Shown one piece after another: positions 8,558-18,656 of a stretch of 34,477 bases of DNA; the first letter of the stretch is position 1; each line of letters begins with the position of its first letter. The stretch is taken from IMG/VR virus record IMGVR_UViG_2667527818_000007. The stretch is one strand, 5' to 3'. The notes beneath the pieces were generated by a model. The model made no database searches and was not told where the DNA came from. It was given only the letters and a program-made list of their open reading frames with translations. The DNA is from a virus (lineage: Duplodnaviria; Heunggongvirae; Uroviricota; Caudoviricetes). The position numbers and the translations under genes are program-made.

Positions 8558-10329
8558 CAGTAAAACTCCAGAATGGTGGATGTCAGCGGGGTGCTGATAC
8601 CGGCGGTGAGTGGCTCATTTAACAGGGCGTGCATGGTCGCCCAGGCGAGGTCGGCGTGGCTGGCTTCCTCGCTACGGCTGGCCTCATAGGTGGCGCAGCG
8701 TCCGCTGCTGGTCATGGTCTTGCGGATAGCCATAAACGAGCTGGTGATGTCGGTGGCGCTGACGTCATATTCCAGACAGCCACGGCGGATGACGTCTTTT
8801 GCCTTGAGCACCATTGCGGTTTTCATTTCCGGCGTGTAGCGGATATCGCGCGCGGCGGGATAGAACGAGCGCACGAGCTGGAACACGCCGACACCGAGGC
8901 CGGTGGCATCAATTCCGATGTATTCGACGTTGTATTTTTCGGTGAGTTTGCGGATGGATTCCGCCTGAGTGGCAAAGTCCATGCCTTTCCACTGGTGACG
9001 CTCAAGTATTCTGAATTTACCTCCGGCCACCACCGGCGGTGCCAGCACCACGCATCCGGCGCTGTCGCCACGGTGTGACGGGTCGTAACCAATCCATACC
9101 GGGCGGGAGCCGAACGGATTGGCGGCAAACGGCGCATAGTCTTCCCATTCTTCCAGCGTGTCGACCATGCAGCGTTGCAGCTCCTCGAACGGGAACACCG
9201 ACGCCTTGTCGTCAACAAATTCACACATGAACAGGTTTTTAAAATCGTCGGCGCTGTTTTCACGTTTGAGCTGCTCAATGTCGAACAGCGTGCAGCCACC
9301 TTTCAGGGCGTCCTCAATGGTGACAATCTGCCGCCACTGGCCGTCCGCACAGAGAAGCCCCCCGGCAAGGGCGTTATGACTGACGTCGATTTCCACGCGT
9401 TCGGCGGCGCTGGCGCGTCCCCGGTTGAACAGTTCACCCGACCAGAATGGGTAGGCGTCGTGCGCCAGCGTGGACGGGGTGGAGAAATAGGTCGAGCGCA
9501 GGTGGCTCTGTGAGGCCATACCTGATGCCACCTTACGCAGTACCTGAAAATTCGGGATCCAGAAAATCTCGTCGACGTACAGGTCGCCGTTATGGCTCTG
9601 TGCGGTGTTGGAGTTGGTGCCGAGAAAAATCAGTTTTGCGCCGTTATTGCCCAGGACAATCGGGTCACCGGTCAGGTCAACGTCAACCAGCCGGGCAAAG
9701 GCGATGATGTATTCGCGGAACACATACGCCTGCGTTTTACTGGCCGACAGAAAAATCTGGTTATGACCGGTTTTCAGGGCGCGCAGCAGCGCCTCGCGGG
9801 AAAAATAAAACGTCGCGCCAATCTGGCGGGATTTCAGGATATCGCGGATGCGGTGCTCAAGCCCGGCGCGATACCAGTGCAACTGATAGTCGAAAGACTG
9901 CTCAAAGAAAATCTGCTCCAGCTTTTCGATGGCCTCGTCACTGAAAAAATTCTTTTTCGGTTTGCGACGCCCGCCTTTGTTGCGGTTAGCGACGTTCGGA
10001 TTAAGGTCTGCCTCGTTGCCGGTCTGACTGTAGCGGTTTACCCGTGCCAGTCGTTCAATCTGGCGTCCGAGCAGGTCAATTTCCTTGAAGTCACCGCCGG
10101 TTTTCTGCGGTTTGATGATGAGCTGGGTCAGCCGCGCTTCCAGACTCATTTCGACACGGCTGATGGGGGCAACGCTGTCCCAGCCGTCGCGCTGTTTCCA
10201 GCTCTGCACCGTCGGGCGTTTCATCTGCAACATGGCGGCAATCTGCGGCACGGAAAATCCCTGCCAGTACAGCAGCGCCGCCTGACGACGCGGGTCGTGT
10301 AAAAGAGTGGTGTCTGTGGTGATGGTCAT
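8557..10329 (-). CDS. P: terminase large subunit gpP (590 aa from internal start MTITTD...)
   Basis: Length matches P2 P when started at the Met at 10329; the tracked ORF extends 10 codons upstream. Confidence 0.85.
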   Translation of the reverse strand: MTITTDTTLLHDPRRQAALLYWQGFSVPQIAAMLQMKRPTVQSWKQRDGWDSVAPISRVEMSLEARLTQLIIKPQKTGGDFKEIDLLGRQIERLARVNRYSQTGNEADLNPNVANRNKGGRRKPKKNFFSDEAIEKLEQIFFEQSFDYQLHWYRAGLEHRIRDILKSRQIGATFYFSREALLRALKTGHNQIFLSASKTQAYVFREYIIAFARLVDVDLTGDPIVLGNNGAKLIFLGTNSNTAQSHNGDLYVDEIFWIPNFQVLRKVASGMASQSHLRSTYFSTPSTLAHDAYPFWSGELFNRGRASAAERVEIDVSHNALAGGLLCADGQWRQIVTIEDALKGGCTLFDIEQLKRENSADDFKNLFMCEFVDDKASVFPFEELQRCMVDTLEEWEDYAPFAANPFGSRPVWIGYDPSHRGDSAGCVVLAPPVVAGGKFRILERHQWKGMDFATQAESIRKLTEKYNVEYIGIDATGLGVGVFQLVRSFYPAARDIRYTPEMKTAMVLKAKDVIRRGCLEYDVSATDITSSFMAIRKTMTSSGRCATYEASRSEEASHADLAWATMHALLNEPLTAGISTPLTSTILEFY

Positions 10330-10502
10330 GAATACCTCGCCGTGATGAATACACGGCAAGGCTACTGAGTCGCGCCCCGCGATTCGCTAAGGTGCTGTTG
10401 TGTCAGTGATAAGCCATCCGGGACTGATGGCGGAGGATGCGTATCGTCGGGAAACTGATGCCGACATGTGACTCCTCTAATCACTATTCAGGACTCCTGA
10501 CA

Positions 10503-11357
10503 ATGGCAAAAAAAGTCTCAAAATTCTTTCGTATCGGCGTTGAGGGTGACACCTGTGACGGGCGTGTCATCAGTGCGCAGGATATTCAGGAAATGGCCGA
10601 AACCTTTGACCCGCGAGTCTATGGTTGCCGCATTAACCTGGAACATCTGCGCGGCATCCTGCCTGACGGTATTTTTAAGCGTTATGGCGATGTGGTCGAA
10701 CTGAAGGCCGAAAAGATTGACGATGATTCGGCGCTGAAAGGCAAATGGGCGCTGTTTGCGAAAATCACCCCGACCGATGACCTTATCGCAATGAACAAGG
10801 CCGCGCAGAAGGTCTACACCTCAATGGAAATTCAGCCGAACTTTGCCAACACCGGCAAATGTTATCTGGTGGGGCTGGCCGTCACCGATGACCCAGCAAG
10901 CCTCGGCACGGAATACCTGGAATTCTGCCGCACGGCAAAACACAACCCCCTGAACCGCTTCAAATTAAGCCCTGAAAACCTGATTTCAGTGGCAACGCCC
11001 GTTGAGCTGGAATTTGAAGACCTGCCTGAAACCGTGTTCACCGCCCTGACCGAAAAGGTGAAGTCCATTTTTGGCCGCAAACAGGCCAGCGATGATGCCC
11101 GTCTGAATGACGTGCATGAAGCGGTGACCGCTGTTGCTGAACATGTGCAGGAAAAACTGAGCGCCACTGAGCAGCGCCTCGCTGAGATGGAAACCGCCTT
11201 TTCCGCACTTAAGCAGGAGGTGACTGACAGGGCGGATGAAACCAGCCAGGCATTCACCCGCCTGAAAAACAGTCTCGACCACACCGAAAGTCTGACCCAG
11301 CAGCGCCGCAGCAAGGCCACCGGTGGTGGCGGTGATGCCCTGATGACGAACTGCTGA
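10503..11357 (+). CDS. O: capsid scaffolding protein gpO (284 aa from MAKKVSKF...)
   Basis: Length matches P2 O when started at 10503; divergent from P as in P2. Confidence 0.85.
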   Translation: MAKKVSKFFRIGVEGDTCDGRVISAQDIQEMAETFDPRVYGCRINLEHLRGILPDGIFKRYGDVVELKAEKIDDDSALKGKWALFAKITPTDDLIAMNKAAQKVYTSMEIQPNFANTGKCYLVGLAVTDDPASLGTEYLEFCRTAKHNPLNRFKLSPENLISVATPVELEFEDLPETVFTALTEKVKSIFGRKQASDDARLNDVHEAVTAVAEHVQEKLSATEQRLAEMETAFSALKQEVTDRADETSQAFTRLKNSLDHTESLTQQRRSKATGGGGDALMTNC

Positions 11358-11415
11358 CCGGTGTCAGTCAGTCCGGGAAAACCTTCACGATTAACCCTTA
11401 ATTTCAGGAAAAACT

Positions 11416-12489
11416 ATGCGCCAGGAAACCCGCTTTAAATTTAATGCTTACCTGTCCCGTGTTGCCGAACTGAACGGCATCGACGCCGGTGATGTGTCGA
11501 AAAAATTCACCGTTGAACCGTCGGTCACCCAGACCCTGATGAACACCATGCAGGAGTCCTCTGACTTTCTGACCCGCATCAACATTGTGCCGGTCAGCGA
11601 AATGAAAGGGGAAAAAATTGGTATTGGTGTCACCGGCTCCATCGCCAGCACCACCGACACCGCCGGTGGCACCGAGCGTCAGCCGAAGGACTTCTCGAAG
11701 CTGGCGTCAAACAAGTACGAATGCGACCAGATTAACTTCGATTTTTATATCCGCTACAAAACGCTTGACCTGTGGGCGCGTTATCAGGATTTCCAGCTCC
11801 GTATCCGTAACGCCATTATCAAACGCCAGTCCCTTGATTTCATCATGGCCGGTTTTAACGGCGTGAAGCGTGCCGAAACCTCTGACCGCAGCAGCAATCC
11901 GATGCTGCAGGATGTGGCGGTCGGCTGGCTGCAGAAATACCGCAATGAAGCCCCGGCGCGCGTGATGAGCAAGGTCACTGACGAGGAAGGTCACACGACC
12001 TCTGAGGTCATCCGCGTGGGTAAGGGCGGTGATTATGCCAGCCTCGATGCACTGGTGATGGATGCGACCAACAACCTGATTGAGCCGTGGTATCAGGAAG
12101 ACCCTGACCTTGTGGTGATTGTGGGACGTCAGCTACTGGCGGACAAGTATTTCCCCATCGTCAACAAGGAGCAGGACAACAGCGAAATGCTGGCCGCTGA
12201 CGTCATCATCAGCCAGAAACGCATCGGTAACCTGCCGGCGGTACGCGTCCCGTACTTCCCGGCGGATGCGATGCTCATCACGAAGCTGGAAAACCTGTCC
12301 ATCTACTACATGGATGACAGCCATCGCCGCGTGATTGTGGAAAACCCGAAACTCGACCGCGTGGAGAACTACGAGTCAATGAACATTGATTACGTGGTGG
12401 AAGACTACGCCGCCGGTTGTCTGGTGGAAAAAATTAAGGTCGGTGATTTCTCCACACCGGCTAAGGCGACCGCAGAGCCGGGAGCGTAA
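11416..12489 (+). CDS. N: major capsid protein gpN (357 aa)
   Basis: Same length and position as P2 N. Confidence 0.9.
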   Translation: MRQETRFKFNAYLSRVAELNGIDAGDVSKKFTVEPSVTQTLMNTMQESSDFLTRINIVPVSEMKGEKIGIGVTGSIASTTDTAGGTERQPKDFSKLASNKYECDQINFDFYIRYKTLDLWARYQDFQLRIRNAIIKRQSLDFIMAGFNGVKRAETSDRSSNPMLQDVAVGWLQKYRNEAPARVMSKVTDEEGHTTSEVIRVGKGGDYASLDALVMDATNNLIEPWYQEDPDLVVIVGRQLLADKYFPIVNKEQDNSEMLAADVIISQKRIGNLPAVRVPYFPADAMLITKLENLSIYYMDDSHRRVIVENPKLDRVENYESMNIDYVVEDYAAGCLVEKIKVGDFSTPAKATAEPGA

Positions 12490-12492
12490 CCG

Positions 12493-13230
12493 ATGACGAG
12501 TCCCGCACAGCGCCACATGATGCGGGTCTCGGCAGCGATGACCGCGCAGCGGGAAGCCGCCCCGCTGCGACATGCAACTGTCTATGAGCAGATGCTGGTT
12601 AAGCTCGCCGCAGACCAGCGCACACTGAAAGCGATTTATTCAAAAGAGCTGAAGGCCGCGAAAAAACGCGAACTGCTGCCGTTCTGGTTGCCGTGGGTGA
12701 ACGGCGTGCTGGAGCAGGGCAAAGGTGCACAGGATGACATTCTGATGACGGTCATGCTGTGGCGTCTGGATACCGGCGATATTGCCGGTGCGCTGGAGAT
12801 TGCCCGTTATGCCCTGAAGTACGGTCTGACCATGCCGGGTAAACACCGCCGCACCCCGCCGTACATGTTCACCGAGGAAGTGGCACTCGCGGCCATGCGC
12901 GCTCACGCTGCCGGTGAATCCGTGGATACCCGCCTGCTGACGGACACCCTTGAACTTACCGCCACGGCAGACATGCCTGATGAAGTGCGCGCAAAGCTGC
13001 ACAAAATCACCGGTCTGTTTCTGCGTGACGCTGGTGATGCCGCAGGGGCGCTGGCGCACCTGCAACGTGCGACACAGCTCGACTGTCAGGCAGGCGTCAA
13101 AAAAGAGATTGAACGACTGGAGCGGGAGCTGAAACCGAAGCCGCAGCCCAAAGCGGCCACCCGCGCCCCACGTAAGACCCGGAGCGTGACACCGGCAAAA
13201 CGTGGACGCCCGAAAAAGAAAGCCAGTTAA
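12493..13230 (+). CDS. M: terminase small subunit gpM (245 aa)
   Basis: Position after N and length close to P2 M; basic C-terminal tail. Confidence 0.8.
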   Translation: MTSPAQRHMMRVSAAMTAQREAAPLRHATVYEQMLVKLAADQRTLKAIYSKELKAAKKRELLPFWLPWVNGVLEQGKGAQDDILMTVMLWRLDTGDIAGALEIARYALKYGLTMPGKHRRTPPYMFTEEVALAAMRAHAAGESVDTRLLTDTLELTATADMPDEVRAKLHKITGLFLRDAGDAAGALAHLQRATQLDCQAGVKKEIERLERELKPKPQPKAATRAPRKTRSVTPAKRGRPKKKAS

Positions 13231-13329
13231 CAACCGAATGCGCCCCGCGCCAGGGCGGCACGCCGGTCAGTGAGGGTGAATCACCTGACACTGCACCGGC
13301 GTCCACCGCCCGACTTTTCAGAGGTAGTC

Positions 13330-13839
13330 ATGATGACGCTGATTATTCCGCGAAAGGAGGCTCCCGTGTCCGGTGAGGGTACGGTGGTCATCCCGCAACC
13401 GGCAGGCGACGAGCCGGTGATTAAAAACACGTTCTTTTTTCCCGATATCGATCCGAAGCGCGTCCGGGAACGTATGCGCCTTGAGCAGACCGTCGCCTCC
13501 GCCCGTCTGCGTGAGGCCATCAAGTCAGGCATGGCGGAGACGAATGCGGAGCTGTACGAGTACCGCGAACAGAAAATTGCCGCCGGTTTTACGCGTCTGG
13601 CGGACGTCCCGGCGGACGACATCGACGGTGAAAGCATCAAAGTTTTTTACTACGAGCGCGCCGTGTGTGCGATGGCGACCGCGTCGCTTTATGAGCGTTA
13701 TCGCGGCGTGGATGCCAGTGCGAAAGGCGACAAGAAGGCTGACAGCATTGACAGCACCATTGATGAACTGTGGCGGGATATGCGCTGGGCGGTGGCGCGT
13801 ATCCAGGACAAGCCACGCTGCATCGTGAGTCAAATCTGA
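13330..13839 (+). CDS. L: head completion protein gpL (169 aa from MMTLIIP...)
   Basis: SD gaggt four nt upstream of the ATG at 13330; length matches P2 L. Confidence 0.8.
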   Translation: MMTLIIPRKEAPVSGEGTVVIPQPAGDEPVIKNTFFFPDIDPKRVRERMRLEQTVASARLREAIKSGMAETNAELYEYREQKIAAGFTRLADVPADDIDGESIKVFYYERAVCAMATASLYERYRGVDASAKGDKKADSIDSTIDELWRDMRWAVARIQDKPRCIVSQI

Positions 13840-14042
13840 TGAAGACCTTTGCGCTACAGGGCGACACGCTCGACGCCATTTGTGTCCGGTATTACGGGCG
13901 CACTGAGGGCGTGGTTGAGACCGTGCTCGCCGCAAATCAGGGACTGGCTGAACTGGGTGCGGTGCTGCCACACGGCACCGCCGTCGAACTGCCCGACGTT
14001 CAGACCGCGCCCGTGGCTGAAACTGTCAATCTGTGGGAGTAA
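13839..14042 (+). CDS. X: tail protein gpX (67 aa)
   Basis: Internal start MKTFALQGDT... overlapping the L stop (TGATG); 67 aa as in P2 X. Confidence 0.75.
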   Translation: MKTFALQGDTLDAICVRYYGRTEGVVETVLAANQGLAELGAVLPHGTAVELPDVQTAPVAETVNLWE

Positions 14043-14045
14043 CGC

Positions 14046-14327
14046 ATGACAGCAGAAGAAAAAAGCGTCCTGTCGCTTTTCATGATTGGGGTGCTGATTG
14101 TTGTCGGCAAGGTGCTTGCCGGTGGTGAACCCATCACCCCGCGTCTGTTTATCGGGCGCATGTTGCTCGGTGGTTTTGTCTCGATGGTTGCCGGTGTTGT
14201 TCTGGTGCAGTTTCCTGACCTGTCACTGCCTGCGGTGTGCGGCATCGGCTCCATGCTGGGTATCGCCGGTTATCAGGTGATTGAGATTGCCATTCAGCGC
14301 CGCTTTAAGGGCAGGGGGAAACCGTAA
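14046..14327 (+). CDS. Y: holin gpY (93 aa)
   Basis: Small membrane protein with hydrophobic segments, first gene of the lysis cassette; same length as P2 Y. Confidence 0.8.
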   Translation: MTAEEKSVLSLFMIGVLIVVGKVLAGGEPITPRLFIGRMLLGGFVSMVAGVVLVQFPDLSLPAVCGIGSMLGIAGYQVIEIAIQRRFKGRGKP

Positions 14328-14824
14328 TGCCGGTAATTAACACGCATCAGAATATCGCCGCCTTTCTCGACATGCTGGCCGTGTCCGAAGGGACGGCGAA
14401 CCATCCGCTGACGAAAAACCGGGGCTATGACGTGATAGTCACCGGACTGGATGGAAAGCCGGAAATCTTCACCGACTACAGTGACCACCCGTTCGCACAT
14501 GGTCGACCGGCGAAGGTGTTTAACCGTCGCGGTGAAAAATCCACGGCCTCCGGTCGCTATCAGCAGCTTTACCTGTTCTGGCCGCACTACCGCAAACAGC
14601 TTGCCCTGCCGGATTTCAGTCCGTTGTCACAGGACAGGCTCGCCATTCAGTTGATCCGCGAACGCGGTGCGCTGGATGACATCCGGGCGGGACGCATTGA
14701 GCGCGCCATTTCACGCTGTCGCAATATCTGGGCGTCCCTGCCGGGTGCCGGTTACGGTCAGCGTGAGCATTCACTGGAAAAACTGGTCACCGTCTGGCGT
14801 ACCGCCGGCGGCGTACCGGCTTAA
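14327..14824 (+). CDS. K: endolysin gpK (165 aa, lysozyme-like murein hydrolase)
   Basis: Follows the holin; same length as P2 K. Confidence 0.8.
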   Translation: MPVINTHQNIAAFLDMLAVSEGTANHPLTKNRGYDVIVTGLDGKPEIFTDYSDHPFAHGRPAKVFNRRGEKSTASGRYQQLYLFWPHYRKQLALPDFSPLSQDRLAIQLIRERGALDDIRAGRIERAISRCRNIWASLPGAGYGQREHSLEKLVTVWRTAGGVPA

Positions 14825-14838
14825 ACGGAGTAAATACC

Positions 14839-15264
14839 ATGAAGAAATTATCCCTTTCACTGATGCTGAACGTGTCGCTGGCGCTGATGCTGGCACTGTC
14901 CCTGATTTACCCGCAGAGCGTGGCCGTCAATTTTGTCGCCGCCTGGGCGATTCTGGTGACGGTTATCTGTGTGGTTGCCGGTGGTGTCGGCGTGTATGCC
15001 ACTGAGTATGTGCTGGAACGCTACGGGCGGGAGCTGCCGCCGGAATCGCTGGCCGTGAAGATTGTCACGGCGCTGTTTTTGCAGCCGGTGCCGTGGCGCA
15101 GGCGGTCAGTGGCTCTGGTAGTGATGGTGGCGACGTTTATCTCGCTGGTCGCTGCCGGGTGGATTTTTACTGCGCTGATTTACCTCGTGGCGTCGCTGTT
15201 CTTCCGGCTGATACGTACGGCCTGCCGTCAGCGTTTTGAGGGGCGGGAACCATGTCAAAACTGA
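14839..15264 (+). CDS. lysA: lysis accessory membrane protein LysA (141 aa)
   Basis: Multi-pass hydrophobic protein after the endolysin; same length as P2 LysA. Confidence 0.75.
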   Translation: MKKLSLSLMLNVSLALMLALSLIYPQSVAVNFVAAWAILVTVICVVAGGVGVYATEYVLERYGRELPPESLAVKIVTALFLQPVPWRRRSVALVVMVATFISLVAAGWIFTALIYLVASLFFRLIRTACRQRFEGREPCQN

Positions 15265-15677
15265 TGATTGTGCTGGTTGTGTTGTTATCACTGGCGGTGG
15301 CGGGGCTGTTTCTGGCGAAGCATGAAAACGCCAGCCTGCGCGCCTCGCTGGACAGGGCAAACAATGTCGCCAGCGGGCAGCAGATGACCATCACCATGCT
15401 GAAAAAACAGTTTCATGTTGCGCTCACCAGGGCAGATAAAAACGAGCTGGCGCAGGTTGCACTGCGTCAGGAACTGGAAAACGCCGCGAAGCGTGAAGCA
15501 CAGCGCAAGAAAACCATCACGAGGTTACTGAATGAAAACGGAGATTTTCGCCGCTGGTACGGCGCTGACCTGCCTGATGCTGTGCGCCGGTTGCACCAGC
15601 GCCCGGCCTGCACTGACGCCAGTGATTGTCCACAACGCCTGCCCGAAAGTGAGCCTTTGCCCGATGCCGGGCAGTGA
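15252..15677 (+). CDS. lysB: inner-membrane spanin LysB (Rz-like, 141 aa)
   Basis: N-terminal transmembrane segment MSKLMIVLVVLLSLAVAGLFLA followed by a charged coiled-coil-like region. Confidence 0.75.
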   Translation: MSKLMIVLVVLLSLAVAGLFLAKHENASLRASLDRANNVASGQQMTITMLKKQFHVALTRADKNELAQVALRQELENAAKREAQRKKTITRLLNENGDFRRWYGADLPDAVRRLHQRPACTDASDCPQRLPESEPLPDAGQ

Positions 15678-15822
15678 CCCGGAGACGAACGGTGATTTAA
15701 GTGCCGATATCCGGCAGCTTGAGAACGCGCTGGCACGCTGTGCCAGCCAGGTAAAAATGATTAAACACTGTCAGGACGAAAACGATGCTCAAACCCGACA
15801 GCCTGCGCAGGGCGCTGACTGA
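15532..15822 (+). CDS. lysC: outer-membrane lipoprotein spanin LysC (Rz1-like, 96 aa)
   Basis: Out-of-frame ORF beginning inside lysB; lipobox LCAGC; Pro-rich mature region. Confidence 0.75.
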   Translation: MKTEIFAAGTALTCLMLCAGCTSARPALTPVIVHNACPKVSLCPMPGSDPETNGDLSADIRQLENALARCASQVKMIKHCQDENDAQTRQPAQGAD

Positions 15823-16252
15823 TGCCGTCACGGTGCTGAAAACCAGTCCCGAGATGCTGCGGATATTCGTGGATAACGGGAGTATTGCCTCCACACTGGC
15901 GACGTCGCTGTCATTTGAAAAGCGTTACACGCTCAATGTCATTGTGACCGACTTTACCGGTGATTTTGACCTGCTCATCGTGCCAGTGCTGGCGTGGCTG
16001 CGGGAAAATCAGCCCGACATCATGACCACTGACGAAGGCCAGAAAAAGGGCTTCACGTTTTATGCAGACATCAACAATGACAGCAGCTTTGATATCAGCA
16101 TCAGCCTGATGCTGACCGAGCGCACGCTGGTCAGTGAGGTGGACGGCGCGCTGCATGTGAAGAATATCCCGGAACCCACGCCGCCGGAGCCGGTCACCCG
16201 CCCGATGGAGCTTTATATCAATGGCGAACTGGTGAGCAAGTGGGATGAATGA
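15785..16252 (+). CDS. R: tail completion protein gpR (155 aa)
   Basis: Length and order as in P2. Confidence 0.8.
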   Translation: MLKPDSLRRALTDAVTVLKTSPEMLRIFVDNGSIASTLATSLSFEKRYTLNVIVTDFTGDFDLLIVPVLAWLRENQPDIMTTDEGQKKGFTFYADINNDSSFDISISLMLTERTLVSEVDGALHVKNIPEPTPPEPVTRPMELYINGELVSKWDE

Positions 16253-16697
16253 GTTTAAGCGTTTTGAAGACCGGCTGACCGGACTGATTGAGTCGCTGTC
16301 ACCGTCAGGGCGTCGGCGACTGAGTGCCGAACTGGCGAAACGTCTGCGGCAGAGTCAGCAGCGTCGGGTGATGGCACAGAAAGCCCCGGACGGCACACCC
16401 TACGCGCCACGCCAGCAGCAGAGCGCCAGAAAAAAGACCGGTCGTGTTAAGCGAAAAATGTTTGCGAAACTTATCACCAGTCGTTTTTTGCATATCCGCG
16501 CCAGCCCTGAACAGGCATCAATGGAGTTTTACGGCGGGAAGTCACCGAAAATCGCCAGTGTGCATCAGTTTGGTCTGTCGGAAGAAAACCGGAAAGACGG
16601 TAAGAAAATTGATTATCCGGCGCGTCCTCTGCTCGGCTTTACCGGTGAGGATGTGCAGATGATTGAAGAGATTATCCTGGCTCACCTCGACCGTTAG
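16245..16697 (+). CDS. S: tail completion protein gpS (150 aa)
   Basis: Length and order as in P2. Confidence 0.8.
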   Translation: MNEFKRFEDRLTGLIESLSPSGRRRLSAELAKRLRQSQQRRVMAQKAPDGTPYAPRQQQSARKKTGRVKRKMFAKLITSRFLHIRASPEQASMEFYGGKSPKIASVHQFGLSEENRKDGKKIDYPARPLLGFTGEDVQMIEEIILAHLDR

Positions 16698-16763
16698 TTG
16701 TGCCATTCCCGACACCTCATCGTTACATTGCCGCCGGTATGACCCGGCGGCATCCTTCCCGTT

Positions 16764-17399
16764 ATGAACACTCTCGCAAATATCCAGGAACTCGCGCGCG
16801 CACTGCGCAACATGATTCGCACCGGCCTTGTCGTCGAAACCAACCTTAAAGCCGGTCGCTGCCGTGTGCAGACCGGTGGCATGTGCACCGACTGGCTTCA
16901 GTGGCTGACCTGTCGTGCCGGTCGTTCGCGCACATGGTGGGCACCTTCCGTGGGGGAGCAGGTGCTGATTCTGGCCGTGGGCGGTGAACTTGACACGGCG
17001 TTTGTTCTGCCGGGGATTTATTCCGGCGATAACCCCGCGCCGTCTGCGTCGGCGGATGCCCTGCATATCCGTTTCCCTGACGGGGCGGTGATTGAGTATG
17101 AACCCGAAACCAGTGCACTCACGGTAAGCGGAATTAAAACGGCCAGCGTGACGGCTTCTGATTCTGTTACTGCCACGGTGCCGGTGGTCATGGTGAAAGC
17201 ATCAACCCGCGTCACCCTGGACACACCGGAGGTGGTCTGCACCAACAGGCTGATTACCGGCACGCTGGAAGTGCAGAAGGGCGGGACGATGCGCGGCAAC
17301 ATTGAACACACCGGCGGTGAACTCTCATCAAACGGTAAGGTACTGCATACCCATAAACACCCCGGCGACAGTGGCGGCACAACAGGGGGACCTCTATGA
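16764..17399 (+). CDS. V: baseplate spike/assembly protein gpV (211 aa)
   Basis: Length and order as in P2. Confidence 0.85.
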   Translation: MNTLANIQELARALRNMIRTGLVVETNLKAGRCRVQTGGMCTDWLQWLTCRAGRSRTWWAPSVGEQVLILAVGGELDTAFVLPGIYSGDNPAPSASADALHIRFPDGAVIEYEPETSALTVSGIKTASVTASDSVTATVPVVMVKASTRVTLDTPEVVCTNRLITGTLEVQKGGTMRGNIEHTGGELSSNGKVLHTHKHPGDSGGTTGGPL

Positions 17400-17743
17400 C
17401 AGCGCGTTATCTCGGAATGAATCGCAGTGATGGCCTGACTGTCACTGACCTTGAGCATATCAGCCAGAGTATCGGCGATATCCTGCGCACACCAGTCGGC
17501 TCACGGGTGATGCGTCGTGATTACGGCTCGTTGCTGGCGTCAATGATTGACCAGCCGCAGACCCCGGCGCTTGAGTTGCAGATTAAAGTCGCCTGTTACA
17601 TGGCAGTGCTGAAATGGGAACCCCGCGTCACCCTGTCATCCGTCACCACGGCGCGCAGTTTTGACGGGCGAATGACGGTCACGTTAACCGGCCAGCACAA
17701 CGACACCGGCCAGCCACTTTCGTTAACCATCCCTGTGAGTTGA
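17396..17743 (+). CDS. W: baseplate protein gpW (115 aa)
   Basis: Length and order as in P2. Confidence 0.85.
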   Translation: MTARYLGMNRSDGLTVTDLEHISQSIGDILRTPVGSRVMRRDYGSLLASMIDQPQTPALELQIKVACYMAVLKWEPRVTLSSVTTARSFDGRMTVTLTGQHNDTGQPLSLTIPVS

Positions 17744-17747
17744 AACC

Positions 17748-18656
17748 ATGCCGATTATCGACCTGAACCAGCTACCCGCACCGGATGTGGTCGAGGAGCT
17801 GGACTTTGAAACCATTCTTGCCGAACGCAAGGCGACACTGATTTCCCTTTACCCGGAAGACCAGCAGGAGGCGGTCGCCCGTACCCTGACACTGGAATCT
17901 GAGCCTCTCGTCAAACTGCTGGAGGAAAATGCTTATCGTGAGCTTATCTGGCGTCAGCGTGTGAATGAGGCTGCACGGGCGGTGATGCTGGCCTGTGCAG
18001 CCGGTAATGACCTTGATGTGATTGGTGCCAATTACAACACCACACGCCTGATTATCACCCCGGCAGATGATTCAACCATCCCGCCGACACCGGCAGTAAT
18101 GGAATCTGACACCGATTATCGGCTGCGTATTCAGCAGGCGTTTGAGGGCTTAAGCGTCGCCGGGTCGGTGGGAGCCTATCAGTATCATGGTCGCAGTGCC
18201 GACGGGCGTGTCGCCGATATTTCTGTCACCAGTCCGTCTCCGGCCTGCGTCACCATCTCTGTGCTGTCACGTGAAAATAACGGTGTCGCATCCGAAGACC
18301 TGCTGGCCGTGGTGCGTAACGCCCTTAATGGCGAGGACGTCAGACCGGTGGCCGACCGCGTGACCGTGCAGTCTGCCGCCATTGTTGAATACCAGATAAA
18401 TGCCACGCTTTACCTTTACCCTGGTCCCGAAAGCGAACCCATCCGCGCGGCCGCCGTGAAAAAACTGGAAGCATACATCACGGCACAGCACCGGCTGGGG
18501 CGCGACATCCGTCTGTCTGCCATTTATGCCGCCTTGCATGTTGAAGGTGTGCAGCGTGTCGAACTGGCTGCACCGCTGGCCGACATCGTGCTCAACAATA
18601 CGCAGGCGTCTTTCTGTACCGAATACCGCGTCGTGACCGGAGGCTCGGATGAGTGA
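17748..18656 (+). CDS. J: baseplate protein gpJ (302 aa)
   Basis: Length and order as in P2. Confidence 0.85.
   Translation: MPIIDLNQLPAPDVVEELDFETILAERKATLISLYPEDQQEAVARTLTLESEPLVKLLEENAYRELIWRQRVNEAARAVMLACAAGNDLDVIGANYNTTRLIITPADDSTIPPTPAVMESDTDYRLRIQQAFEGLSVAGSVGAYQYHGRSADGRVADISVTSPSPACVTISVLSRENNGVASEDLLAVVRNALNGEDVRPVADRVTVQSAAIVEYQINATLYLYPGPESEPIRAAAVKKLEAYITAQHRLGRDIRLSAIYAALHVEGVQRVELAAPLADIVLNNTQASFCTEYRVVTGGSDE

Noticed and set aside
8629-10302. Several antisense ORFs inside the terminase gene P (for example 8629..9078 +, 9175..9513 +, 9592..10302 +)
   Set aside because: GC-rich coding DNA commonly yields long antisense ORFs; P on the minus strand is supported by length and synteny.
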